Assembly (NCBI GenBank): GCA_004022145.1
Contig: RCNU01000004.1
Source of the DNA: Paecilomyces variotii
Lineage: Eukaryota
Direction: 5' to 3' (one strand)
Length of the DNA stretch: 64,000 nucleotides
Position 1 is the stretch's first letter. Every line of letters begins with the position of its first letter. The notes under the pieces are model-generated. The model saw nothing but the letters and a program-made list of their open reading frames with translations. It ran no database searches and was not told the DNA's origin. Of the stretch, positions 12,486 to 25,072 are shown in pieces. Position numbers and translations under genes: made by a program.

Positions 12486-12748
12486 ATAATAATATTTTTT
12501 CTACCAACGAGGCACTACGTAACGCCACTAATTTCCAGCACAAACGTCACTTAACGGAAACAGGAAAAAAAAAGAAGATTGCCTTCGCGACCACCATGCC
12601 GTTATCACATTGGGAGACTGGCTTTGAGCTCTTTCACTTCTCTATCTAGTTCTAAGTCTTCGATCCAGAACGTGTAGTTGCGCGTTGCACTTGGAGCGGG
12701 GGCCAGAATTATTATCCTCTTTACGCGTCCGCGTCACGGTTATAATAA

Positions 12749-12778
12749 GGGGGCGGGGCGGGAGGGGAGGGGAGGGGG
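12749..12778 (+). other. G-quadruplex-forming motif
   Basis: G5-C-G4-C-G3-A-G4-A-G4-A-G5: six G-runs with single-base loops. Confidence 0.6.
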
Positions 12779-14124
12779 TCATCTTTAAACATAGACAACT
12801 GCCACTAGAGATATGACGGACAGGACGCTATTTTCATTTTATTTATTTCATTTAGTCTCATGTCTTCCGTTAAATAGTTAGCCTCTCTACCGTCTCCTTG
12901 GTCACGACAGGCCCCCTAGAGAACGGACGACACGCTTCCGGCACAGGGCTAGAGGGGAAACTAGGGAGCAATTCCGGACCATGCTCTGGGGACGTGCCTA
13001 CAGCTTTGGTCCGGTAGATAGTCGGGTTAGAAGGATGTGCCACTACTGGGTCTTTGGGACTTGGGGCTTCTTTGTCTGCCCCAAGGGAAACTTACCGAGT
13101 ACGGATACATGATCGTCTTCGACGCCATTGACGGGGAAAAGAAAAGGAGGGGCAACTAAATATAGATGGTCTTTTGGATGCTGTTTGTGAGAAACTAGTA
13201 GTTATTGTTGCAAGAATTATTCTAACATAACCATCTCCACCGTGGAGGGTCGATTTTGGACACTCGAGGAAAGAAGCGACAAGAGACCCTTTTGGGACAC
13301 CGCAGCTAAAAACAGGAAACAAGAAAAAAAAGAAGAAAAAAGAGTGAAACAAACCCATTTGTTTTGTTTCCGAAGCCTGGATCAAAGCAAGAAAGTCGTT
13401 TCCTGAACACCGTGGAGACTGGGCACTCCTTTTCTTGCTTTTGAAATCTGGTGAGAATAGTGAAACCAGACGCATATCCTTAGACATCCATGATGATGAT
13501 ACCTTCCGGAGGATCTGTGTAGTGTGTCCTGCTGTAATGCTCTGTATCGAGTAAGGCAGAATAATGTGAGAGGAAGTAAGAGCTCCAAGATAATTCTCGA
13601 GAAGGAGAAGTATTGCTGAGTAGCAGACGGAATGAGACTCGGGGGAGAAGAGGCGAAGGGGAATTAGGGATTACAATCTGTATGCAGCAACTCTATACAT
13701 GGGTATTCAATGAAAGACAAAGGGGAGGTGGAGAGAAAAGGACAAAGAGTAAAGGAAAGAGTGAAAAGGTAATAGGAAAAGAGAGAAAAAAAAAAGGAAT
13801 TCCGCTTCAAACCAGCCGGACTCCATGATCACACCCAATCCCATAAGCAGTCGCTTCACAACCATCCAACCTGTTCCCAACACCGTATGTAAAACAATGC
13901 CCGTACTCCTGCGACGACAATACGCAGCTTAACCCTCAAGAGAGTCTTTGTCGTACTGTCGTCAGCTGTAAGATGTAATTCACGAAAACTTTAAATCGAC
14001 TTCAGCTCATCAACCCCTCACGTGCTAATCCTTACGCCTTGCACCTTCTCTGAGCAACCATTTCAATATACAGACGGCAAGACGCTTGAACCTTTCTTAT
14101 CTGTTCTTTGGCAGCGGATGGCAA

Positions 14125-15261
14125 TCACTGCCTTGCGTACTTCTGGATCCCGCCTTTCCTGCTCACACGCGAGAGTATGCCTGGTTCTTGAAAGACAGGG
14201 ACAGGCGAAGCCCCAGTTCTCATGGTGTCTCTAGGAGCGATGGTACGGTCATTCTCTGCGATGATCAAACCAGGACGGAACCTTGGCAGGATCTCGATAT
14301 CAGGAAACATGACCTTCTCGTCCATCGCCTGAACCATGGCCATATATTCCCTGAGGCGCGTCACGATGTCGCGAATGTCGTTGAAAGACTTGTTGGGACC
14401 GACTTCCTCGCGGAGCCAGTCAGGAACAGGGGAAGGAGGGATGTACGGAGGCTTTTTGGACAGATTCTCATTCGTGGTATTGCCGCCCTCTTGAGTCTGA
14501 ATAGCACTTGCTTGAGAGAAGCTGACAACGCTGTTTGGTGAACTGACTTCAGGGGACGGAAACCCTGAAGTTGAAGAAATGTTCTGCTCGTTGGACTCCC
14601 CATCGTTGTCAATCTTTGTACGACGGGTCTCACGTCTTCTGAGGACGAGTTCAAAGCTGTCGACTCCACCCCATGCTTCCATTCTGTCGAGGGAGTCCAT
14701 GAGGAGATCGCACTGCGTGAAGGGCCAGACTGAAGCCCGGTACCTTGCACGTTGGTAGTGCTTGCGGCAGTAGTGAATCCATACATGCTGCGGGAATAAC
14801 TTTGTGCAGTTCTTGTTTCTACCAAAGATGTGTGAGATGACCTTGCGCAGGTTTTCACCGCCTGTAACACAGGGCCCATCGGAGAACTCGCATTTAGGTT
14901 CGAGATGTGGCATGTTGGTGTGCGCGTATGTCTGGTCAAATGATGCTGGGACCTGATAGGTCTCAGTCGATAGTGACAATGGAGACTGAGAGGGAGACGG
15001 CAAAAGCCGACCGTCGTGTCTTGCAATGTTCAACGCGTTCAAGCCTTCTGGAGTAACTGGCGATGGGAGTGTCGCAGTGTTCTTTGTTTGAAATATCAAC
15101 CCTGGATAGTTTGATATCTCTGAGCTGTCGTGGATGAAAGGATATTGCGCGTTGTTTGGCTCTGGACCTGGCAATCTGACGGAGGGCGTACAAGAGATCT
15201 GCTTGTCTGGAGAAGGGATATAAGAGGCACCTTGAGGATTTAAGATCTTGGAGAGATCCAT
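14125..15261 (-). CDS. ORP1-like fungal protein
   Basis: Long ORF with likely start MDLSKILN; conserved block C...LRKVISHIFGRNKNCTK...WIHYCRKHYQRARYR and FPDIEILP motif. Confidence 0.8.
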   Translation of the reverse strand: MDLSKILNPQGASYIPSPDKQISCTPSVRLPGPEPNNAQYPFIHDSSEISNYPGLIFQTKNTATLPSPVTPEGLNALNIARHDGRLLPSPSQSPLSLSTETYQVPASFDQTYAHTNMPHLEPKCEFSDGPCVTGGENLRKVISHIFGRNKNCTKLFPQHVWIHYCRKHYQRARYRASVWPFTQCDLLMDSLDRMEAWGGVDSFELVLRRRETRRTKIDNDGESNEQNISSTSGFPSPEVSSPNSVVSFSQASAIQTQEGGNTTNENLSKKPPYIPPSPVPDWLREEVGPNKSFNDIRDIVTRLREYMAMVQAMDEKVMFPDIEILPRFRPGLIIAENDRTIAPRDTMRTGASPVPVFQEPGILSRVSRKGGIQKYARQ

Positions 15262-18200
15262 CTTGACACTTAAATCCGCAAAGGAATGAGTAATCGAGGG
15301 TGAATATGGGAAAGTCACGATGTGGAAATGAGTCAAACAGTTGTCTGGTGTGTCATGAGACAGTTGGGAGGGTGCTGTGAAGAAACTGCACAGAAAGGAT
15401 GAGAGGGAACACTCCGAGTAGGTTGCTCAATGAGACGAAATGTTTGATGGGATGACGCGTGATGTGAGAACACTTCGCTAGGGGCACCTTTGACCACCCT
15501 TGCCGTCCCAAGGGCAGCCAGACCGCTGAACGTCGCTGTGTTGAAGTGATTATTGGCACCAGAACCTGTTGTATCTGGCACCGAGTGCGCAATTGAGGGA
15601 GGCTTTTGGTAATAATGATGGGATAGCGAGTATAGCAGGTGATAAATGGGCCAGTTGAAGCTCTACATCGCAAGGGAAGAGAAGAGTCGGCGAATGAGAT
15701 GAGTGATGCCTTTTAGCTCGACTGCCTGGCTAGCCTCAGGGCAGACGTACTGACGACGGTGGCACGAGAATGGATCATGTCGTCTCCAGAAAGGCCCGCA
15801 GCAGCATAACCGAGCGCAATGGCAGTCAGATATGGATAAGATTGAAGCTTTGGACAACCCCAGGAAGCTCGGGGATGAGTTCAAACTCTACCCAACAAGA
15901 ACATGATTAACCATTCAACAGAGCTTATTATTTGTCGCTGGGATCTGTCCATCCAAGAGTCTTTTTTAGAAAAATCCCCGTTTCAACGGTCCTCGGCCAA
16001 TAACCACGCATGATCCCTGCTGCAAATCATGCGAAATAAATGTCAAAGACCCAGCCAACGGCCCTTAGCCAACTCGCCATATTCGACTCAATCTCCCAGA
16101 GAACACTAAATCTACGCCAGTCTAATTATTACTCCCTATTGGCCAATGAGAATACGTCCGGAATACGGAAAAGCTGCCCGGCATTGCGGGTTTCAACATT
16201 TGGCATCGATGCAATACTCTCTGGATGGCGTTGAGATAGGGCCACTGTCTCACGAAAAACCTCCGAGCATGAGGAAACAAGGTCGATTCAGGGACTTCAT
16301 CCCACTGTGGCGGGGTCTTCCAAATCATTTTCTGAGAGAACCAGGAGTCTGAATGCATGCACCCTAAGTCATTGCTCAGTGCAACAGTTCCAGATTGGAT
16401 AACTCTATCTTCGTCTCGAAGTCGGGTGGAGAACAAATTCTCCGAGCGGCCCTGCAAGAATCAGCCAGGCATGAAACGCGAAGCTAGGAGCCTTGCGGAA
16501 TAGGTAAGGTGTGCTGCTCGAGTCCTCAAGTACGTATTTCATATCTCACAAGGCGATCGAATCTCCAGGATATGGCCTCTCATCTCTATAATGAGGTTGT
16601 GATATTGAGCCAGGAGCCGGACAAGAAGGTCAGGGGATGAGCCGAAACTGCATAGCCCAGACCAGCGACGACGAGCAAGCGTATCGAGACCCACAAACCG
16701 TCGAGGCCGTTGAAAATCCAAGAAAAGCCCTTCCCCGTCGAGGTTCCTCGCGGACGTTACTACTCGGGACGTTGCCTGTCTTTCCCCTTTTGGATGGTCA
16801 GAGAGGTACCCAAGTTATGGGCCAGGGTGTCCGTCATATTGACCCTTCGGGTATGGTTTCGCCCCGCTGACATCTGGAATTTTCGATTCGTAGCTGTCTG
16901 CGTCGCCGATCCATCTACTTTTCGCCTTGTCGACTACTTTAGACTAGACGACGGAGCTAACGGGGAAGATCGTTTCATGCACTCATGCCAGCCCGCTTGT
17001 GAAAGAGATCCTGAGTTAGACACGATTGCGATCAGCACGTCCTTTCCGGATCGACGCGGGAGGATAGCGCTATCGACTACAGTCTCTTGCGCCGCTTATC
17101 GTGTAATAAAGCAGAGGTTTCTATATGGGAAAGCTCTGGGGCTATGAAGAACCCCTATTGGGGTCAAGGTACCAAAAACACAAAGACCCCTCAGGTTTGT
17201 CTATACTTACTAGCCCAACCTCCATGCACACTCACTTAAGCTCTTGCAGTACAGTACGGAGTACACGCGGCATTCCGACACAAGGCGGCGCAGAGGTCCA
17301 TACGGATGAAGATCACTCCGGGTGATCACTGGTGGAGAGTGTATGAGTATGAGGTTCGCCGCCCACGTTTCTCGGATGCTTGCTACCCACGAGTCCACGA
17401 CTCGCGAATAAAATGACAAGCAATCACTGGCGGCGGCGTTGTTTCCGAAACTCTAGTGATGAACGATCAAAATAGCTCCCTACCTCTGGTTGGACAGTTT
17501 GTTGTTCTGATGATCCCTGTCGCAACGGCATCTACTTCACCCTCAACTACCCGTTCGAGAGCTTCAAAACCTCACAAGGAGCCTCGCTTATTTGACGTCA
17601 CAGACATACGACAAAAGATAAAACGACGTTTCCAAACTCGGGGAATGCGCGACGCCCTTTTAACCTTTTATCGTGTTGTGGGCTGTACGTGTTCCAGCCG
17701 GCAAGGGTAATATTCCCCTTCCTGGAAGGATTCGGATCAGGGAGATTCTGCCTCATTATTATTCCCTGACAAATAATCGAGTCTGACCAACTATCTAGAC
17801 CAAGCCGCTAAGGGGCCCAAGGCTCAGCCCCCTGTCAGTTTCACTTCTGCAAGCAGCCGCTGAAAGTGCAGTGGATTCGATCGCGGGGCATGGAGAGATA
17901 GACAGCTGCGGGAACAAATCTCGCATATGGCTCACGGTCCATTGATAAGTAATAATAAACGATGGACTACGGAGTAGTTAATATTGACTGCCACTCGATG
18001 TGTCTGCGCACAATGGTCACACAACCTCCCGGCAGGCAGATTCTCCGATTGCCGGAGAGCATATTAACTAACATAATAATGAAAGCAATATCCGGATTCC
18101 GCAGTGCCTTTGCTCGCGGAGCAGACCAGTTTCAGCTAGACCGTTTCTGACGAGCAACCTCACGAATCACCCCCAGCCGTAACAGCAGTGGTTGAAGGGA

Positions 18201-19139
18201 AAAAGAAGCCATGAAGAAACCTGCTGATACGGCCGAAACAACCTTGGGGCAACGATTTCTTTTTTCCCCGACGTCACTGCATCATCTAAGCGAACGCCAA
18301 ACTATTGAACTTTTTTGAGCATAATAATAACCCTTCCATGTTATAGAGAGACAGGGGGCGATCAGGTCGCGATCGCTTTACCGTAAGTATCTTTTCAACG
18401 ACTATGGCTAATAATCTAGGGCGGGTCACGTCAGGTCCACGGGTTATCTCATTGTGCATGACGGGAACCCGTCAATCGTTTTCTATCTCTGCTCTCTCTA
18501 CCATCCCTACGGGGGGTTCATCGATATGTCTACATTCGGACTAGGACGCGGTAAACGAACCAAAAGCTGTGTGGCAGGAATGGTCTATGGACTACCTATC
18601 GCGCTCTCTTGACTAGATACCTAAGGTACAACATGTCCTTGCTGCTGCCCAACTACTGACTTTCTCTACCTGATTAGGCAGCTGGATACCTGCTACGATG
18701 ACATCAACGAAAATACTTTCGCGGGAGGACGGGACGTTTCCGAAACAAAAGGTAATTTGAATTCGAGCAAGAATTATCTCTCAAAGGCGAATTACATTCT
18801 CTTTTCCCGGGGAGTGTATGTGCATACTCCCATGTATGTGTACAACCTGAAGAGGAGAGAAAATGACGAAGTAAAGAAGAAGAGGAAAAGAAAAGAAAAG
18901 ATTCAGAAGAAAGATCAGAAAGCCGCCCAGTGATGATCAGTCCAGCCCTAACGTGAGACATTTCAAACATTCAAAACCCCATAACAAAACACCTGATAAC
19001 TGTGATTTTTGCACGCGAATAGAAAGGGAACCAGCGCGATGATAAAACTGGAAAGAGGTTGAGACGAAAACAAAGGTATATGAGTATCGTAGGGACTTCA
19101 GGTCGCCTGTTCCCAGACGCTTGGTGAAGCTTCACTGTT

Positions 19140-21993
19140 TCACATAGCATATCCAGCACCTCCGACCACAGAGGTTTGTGGAGCGTACCTACTACGTGCA
19201 GTCCGACCGGAACCACAACCCACGGTTCCGATATCTATGGATTTGATCTCCTTGCTCAATGCATCCATGCTTGGGCTGGCTCCCATGACTGGGTAATTTT
19301 GATTCATGGGCTGTGCCACTGGCACTTTGACAGGAATCGGTGGCCCGGTGCGAGTCGGTTCGTACAGTTTCGAGGCCGGGGTGGGCGAAGTTGAAATTCG
19401 ATAGTTCCGAGATGTGTCGTATGCGTTGGGAGAGCTGTAATTCCGCGCGTGACCGTAGCCTGCATAGTTCTCGCGTTCTCGAAGGACTTGATCACTGCGC
19501 GGAGATGTCCGCACGACGGAGTTATTGGTCGGGCTCGGCGTGGCGTATGTTACTGGCCGTTGTTTCTGAAGACGGTTGCGACTAGCCCTTTCAGTCGAAG
19601 AAGGGGATCCGCCTACCTCTATGATCTGTGGCTTTGAATGTGGGCGGCTGGCCACCATATCTCGCGAACTTCTGGTCGGTGTCGACGACTGCGGCGTGTG
19701 CTTGAAACGGACGACAACTTCTGGCTTCTTCGTCTTTCTTTCCGGCTCAGGAGCCCATGTGTCACTGGGCAAGTGATCCGAGGGGTCAATAACCTTGCCA
19801 TCGTCACCTATAATGGGTCCCAACTCATGGTCGTTACCAGCGGAGGCAGAATCTCTTCCCCCGTCAGGGCCCCCAAAGGCTACCACGGCGGTTCTGACCT
19901 TTGACGATCTTCCGGCGTTGGGATTCAATGCATCATACGAGTCAGGAGAGAATGGTACTCCCGATAGACCTCGCTCCTCCACTGGCGGTGGTCTAGGGCT
20001 CACTGACTTCCTCTTAGGGACACCACGGGTATTGGGGCTCACGGACCTGGGCTTACCAGTTCGGGTGTCCGCATAAGACGATCCTGGCTCAGCCGTAATA
20101 ACAGCATTCGAACGCTGGACGCCGATAGGAGCCTGGTACGATGGTTGTTCAACCATTTGGGTGACAGGCGCCTCTGGAAGATGCATTTCATTGTGGTTCA
20201 AGTGGGCCCGTTTCTCGTAGATCGCCCTGTCTGACTCTGCCTCAGCAATCACTGGGTCATATCCCGCAACCAGACTTGGCGGTACATCCGGGCCATTGGC
20301 AGGCAGATCCTGCAAACGTCCCTGCGGGTGCTGGCTATACGACGTCCGGGAGGACATGGACATAGCGGAAGTTGCCATGTCGAAGTCTGTGGAAGGAGAT
20401 GCTGAACGAACAAGGTCGGGTGTGTATGCCTGATAAGGGACAGCGGGAAGGTCCTGGGCCTGACTCGTCTGCGCGAAGGCCGATCTGTGCACCGGCGGTG
20501 GCGGTGGAGGGCCATCCTCATCCTCATCTTCGACACGGGGCTGCATAGACGCATATTCAGGATGATAATCCTCACGGCTCGCTGCCTTACGCAACTGACT
20601 CTCGCGATAGACGTCCATCTTCGCTGGCAGTGCGGCCGTTTCACTGTGATGACGAAGCTCTGCGGCACCAGGTACCGTCCGGGCATAAGTGAACTCTGGC
20701 GGGGGTGCATCGTACACCACAGTTGCTTGAACGGGGTTCGCAGCAGCTATCGACCGTTGTTGTCCATATTGTGGCTGCTCTGGATGGTGACGAGGTTGTT
20801 CTGTTGCGACTGGTGCATGGCGAGGGGGATTCGTCTCATAGCCCCTTGAAAAGACAACTTCTCCTTCTGGAGTCCGGTAATACCTGTCTTCCGCTTGTTG
20901 CTGACGGCGGTCTGGCTGATGGACAACTTCGTATGTTCTCTCAGGCGGAGCTTGTTGGTAGTGTACTTCTACCGGTTGTTCCTGATAGATCTGTCGTGGT
21001 TCATAGTGATACTTCTGGGAGCGGCTCTTCCCATGGCGACCATTGACCTGGACGTACTCTCTCTGGAGATCATCTGATGTGTGATATCCTCGTGACGTAC
21101 GAGGAACGGAGGAGGAGCTTTGTGGAGGGGCCGCAAAGAGGGGCTCGGGCACAGCAGCGTGCCTTGACGTGGGCCGGACGTATTCTGAAGTCACTGGAGG
21201 AGCCGTGTGTGCATGCTCGTGCATCACCGGACGCGTGGGTGGGATATGAGCATACGCGGATGCAGAATGGGCATTATCCGCGGTAGCAGGCCGTGCAGCA
21301 GGCGCTCCGGTCGGGTCGATAGGCAGAGGCCTCCTCTTGAGCGGCTTGGGCTCTCGTGGACCGGAGAGAGAGGTTGCTGCGGGCACTGGAGCGGGGGCAG
21401 CTGACTTTGGAGCGACCTTCTCGACTCCCTTCCTTCTCTCGATCACTGCCTCGTCCTCTGGTCGAGTGTCGTAGTAGGTCATCTCGATTCTCACTTCGCC
21501 CGCATACTTGCCTTTGAACTGCAGCTGATGCCATTGGTCACTCTGGCCCCCGCCGGGGATAATGAGACTCTTGAGATCAATCCAGGTCTCACCAATCAAG
21601 TCAGTCTTCTTATCATCATTGAAGACTGACACCTTCAGCTGATAATAATCCGGAGACTCATGGACGGTGAACCGCAGCTCCTGGTCCCTGCGGGATGGGT
21701 CAGCGTTGAACTGTGAAAGAATCGGTCACGAATGACGCTGGGATGGATCCATACCATCTGGGAGTCTGGCCACCGCGCATATCTGTCTCTGTCTTCTTTG
21801 CTTCCTTACCCAGACGGGCAGCACAATAGGGATTCTGCTTGCCCATGGTCTTTCGATTGGGCAGGTTCTTGGCCCGATCCACGACGGCGACCAGCGTGCC
21901 AATGGAGGGGCCGTCGACGGACATGTCTGCATAGATGCCAGCGGTATGGCCATTGATGGCATTGATAGGCAACTTGGGGATCTTGGAGACCAT
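19140..21993 (-). CDS. C2-domain cytokinesis ingression protein (Inn1/Fic1-like) with Pro-rich tail
   Basis: Exon 1 GTLVAVVDRAKNLPNRKTMGKQNPYCAARLGKEAKKTETDMRGGQTPRW; intron 21688-21754; exon 2 DQELRF...VFNDDKKTDLIGE...GKYAGEVRIEMTYYD followed by a PxxP-rich region. Confidence 0.85.
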
Positions 21994-24942
21994 GGTGGAA
22001 GGATGGATGGGAATGAATGTCCAGCACAAACACTGACTAAACAAGTGAACGAGGTTGAGAACCCTGAAGCATCTGGGGACAACTGGGGGAGAGGAGGCTG
22101 GGACCCTCTCGAACAGGGGGCGCTTGGGACGACGACGCTACGCAGGAGAGTCCTGTTTGGAGGGGTCGCCTAGAGAGAATGAAGCTGATGGAATCTAGCA
22201 AACTGAACAAATCATGCCATCCAGCATGGTGCGAGAGGGTTGAAGAAATAATGCAGCGACGACGGTGCAGAAGGATGGAGAGAATGTCGGAAACGGAGAA
22301 AGAAATCCAAGGAATTGCAGGTTGCAGAGCAGAGAGGACGATGATGCAGGCTGCCAGGGTGGGGTGGGAGGATGTTTTGGTTTGGCTGGATCGAGCTGAG
22401 GAGAGGCTGGGGAATGCGTGGCTGGTGGAGATCCTTGGTTAGCTTATCTGTATGGTTTAGTTAGTAGTTATGGGATGGGATGGCATGGTAATAATAATAC
22501 ATACAGCTAGTTGATTGATTGATCTTCACAACAATAATATAATAATAGTAATAATAGCAACTGAAGACATTCTCTGAATAATTAACATACACAGATCCCA
22601 ATGCGGACAGCAATGCAACTGTGTCCCTCAGTTGTCCAGAATCCCATCCTACTACCTAAACTAAGTGATCCCCAGCCACACAAACGAGATCGCCGCTAAT
22701 GTCTCGGATCTGCATCGGTCCGATCTCACGCGCTAAACCCGATCGGGCCCATCACTGACCTCTCGCCCCGTGCTCGACAACGTCGTTGGGCAATTTAGGC
22801 GAATATTCGTCGACGAGATCAAGCGCCCGTTGGCATCACGGGCTGTTGTCCGTGGAAGAGCTAGAGCTGGATCTCTGACAGCTCCCGTCGACCACATACG
22901 CTCTGCTGATAGGTGCTCGTCCGGTGGAGAGCTGCTACGGGAAGCATGTCCTGTACTTAGCATCGTCAGAACGGGTATCGACAAGACCACGAGCCAATAT
23001 GTGATGGTTACCTGGCGAGCTACCGAACGACACACAGACACACGGTCCTAGAGCATGTACACTCTTCCAGAAACCCACCCGGAAGGCAGAATCCGGCAAA
23101 CGCATTCCATCACACTATTGGCATAGGGAGCAGCCTCCATGCATTGTGCACAACCTGAGAAGCATCAGCCTGAAGCTGTCACACTCGCATCCCGTCCGCT
23201 TCCAGTAGTTCGCAATGTTTCAAGTCCCTCCAAAGAACTTTTCCCCAGCCTCGACGGGCCCTCTGGCATGCGGAGCCCGAGCCAAGGACGGCCCGCAGAG
23301 CCGCTACCCGTTGTCCATTGTCTCTTGCATGCACAAGTCGCTCTGCGGGGATCGAAAAACCCGTCTTAGGACCAACGTATGTATGTACGCCCGTTGGTAA
23401 TCGCTCACAGCAGGGCAGATAGATCGACAGACAGGCCAGATCTCTGACCTCGCTGGAAGTCGTGGACCGTCGTTCATTTCGGGCACTGGCGGTCAAATCT
23501 GGGCACCGCAGGCCTACAGTAGTGCTCTCGATAAAGCAATTGCACACGACCACGCAAGATCAGAGTTATACTGACCGCTCTTCAATCGCTGTTACACATA
23601 TCCAGTAACTTTCTCTGCCGTTCTACTCAAGCATCACCATCAGGCCCGATGAGAACCATTCCTCCGTTTCCCCAATGGCCGCAGCTCAACTGCTACATCC
23701 GGCACCGGTGAGGGAATAGGTGCAGCATGTGTAGACCGTCTAGGCAACGGCATGATCCGGGAACAGGTATAGAAGATCTAGACAAAGCCATTGTCTGGTG
23801 ATCAATATTATCAGCCTCGTGGTCCTCTGTACAATCCTCGGAGCAATCTAGAGTCTTCATCGCCAGTCTACAAGAAAAATGTAAGAAGCAGATTCTAAGC
23901 ATATACGGAAAAAAAGCACTGACTACGACCAATGGGATTAAAGGTAATCAGCCTGAGCTCTTTTATTCGCTGATGATCATCTTTCTCGGAAAAAGACGTG
24001 GTGATTCTAACCGCCGCCAAATATGATGGCTAACATTCCTGAGGTCCGGCTTGTCGGAATGCCCCTGTCGATCGCAGCCAAGAGCGGTCTTCTCTCTCGA
24101 AAAAAAGAAGAGAAGAGTGGAGAGTCAATGTTTTGAAGAGAATTCTATTGTTCTTTAAGCTTGATGGGATTAGGATTCAGACACGAAGTTAATCGCATCC
24201 TGCGATGCTTATGGCATAGTGGGATTCATTAGGGTTGATCACGTTCGGGCCCGGGTCCGGGTCCGGATCCATACGAGGATCATCTACCAGATGATTCTAT
24301 AATTGAGGAAAACAGCTGTGCTGCCATGTCCTTGAAGAATGAGCACAGTCGTTTGACCGGACCTCTGATGGTCAGCTGAGGGGTTAACTGCTATGCACCG
24401 TGAAGATCGATCGAACGCATGCGGGTTGAAGAGAATTTAGATGGATAAAAAGTAAGTAAACTGACTCGATAGAATATCTCCTAGAACTTTGCTTCTCGAA
24501 AGGAAGACGGTTCAGATAGCCTTGAATGCTGACAGTGTCTCTTTTTTTCAGGGAAGCTGGTGAGAGTCTAGAGTAAACATCAAGTTAGAATACTTAACCC
24601 TCTCTAACAAATACATACTACAACATGTGCGCATCTTAGATAAACCAGTGGGATCTATCCGAGATAAGCTTTATCTGATAAATCTCCCAATGGCGAAGCT
24701 GCGTACTGATTGATATGTGATAGACTCTATTATTCCGTAGTCCAGTGACCGTTACTGTACATGATTACTGCCTTAGAATTCAGGCATATAAGACGAGGCA
24801 GCAACCGTTGATACGCGAAATACAGTATGTTACAGAATATCTTACACTAGCGCTCTTTCGGATTTTCCCCGACTCCTCCTCCGTAAACTTTTTTTGAGAT
24901 AGCAATATCAGATTCTCCAACTGCGCCGGAGGAGACTTCATT

Positions 24943-24959
24943 AAAAATTTCATTATCGC
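24943..24959. promoter_or_regulatory. RRPE plus PAC-like ribosome-biogenesis promoter elements
   Basis: AAAAATTTCA immediately followed by TTATCGC (reverse GCGATAA), about 115 bp upstream of UTP15. Confidence 0.55.
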
Positions 24960-25072
24960 ACTGTGCCGGACGACCAGGACAGTCGCCGATGGATCGCGTA
25001 TCACGGTAATAATCCTGCAGACATTTTCGCCCCATCACATTCGATCCGCTCGACTACTATCCCACAGCCACA

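Noticed and set aside
6402-12500. Starship element at the tRNA
   Set aside because: No DUF3435 tyrosine recombinase ORF and no boundary direct repeats identifiable.
12911-13020. H/ACA snoRNA or TPP riboswitch
   Set aside because: Two hairpins and an ANANNA-like AAACTA exist on the plus strand, but there is no terminal ACA box and the TPP core motifs are absent.
22700-23700. GC-rich stretch with ~100-codon ORFs between the Inn1-like gene and UTP15
   Set aside because: No recognisable motif or consistent splice model.
24673-24681. ATCTGATAA as an SreA iron-regulation site
   Set aside because: Single site upstream of a ribosome-biogenesis gene in a GATA-rich patch; no iron-related neighbour.
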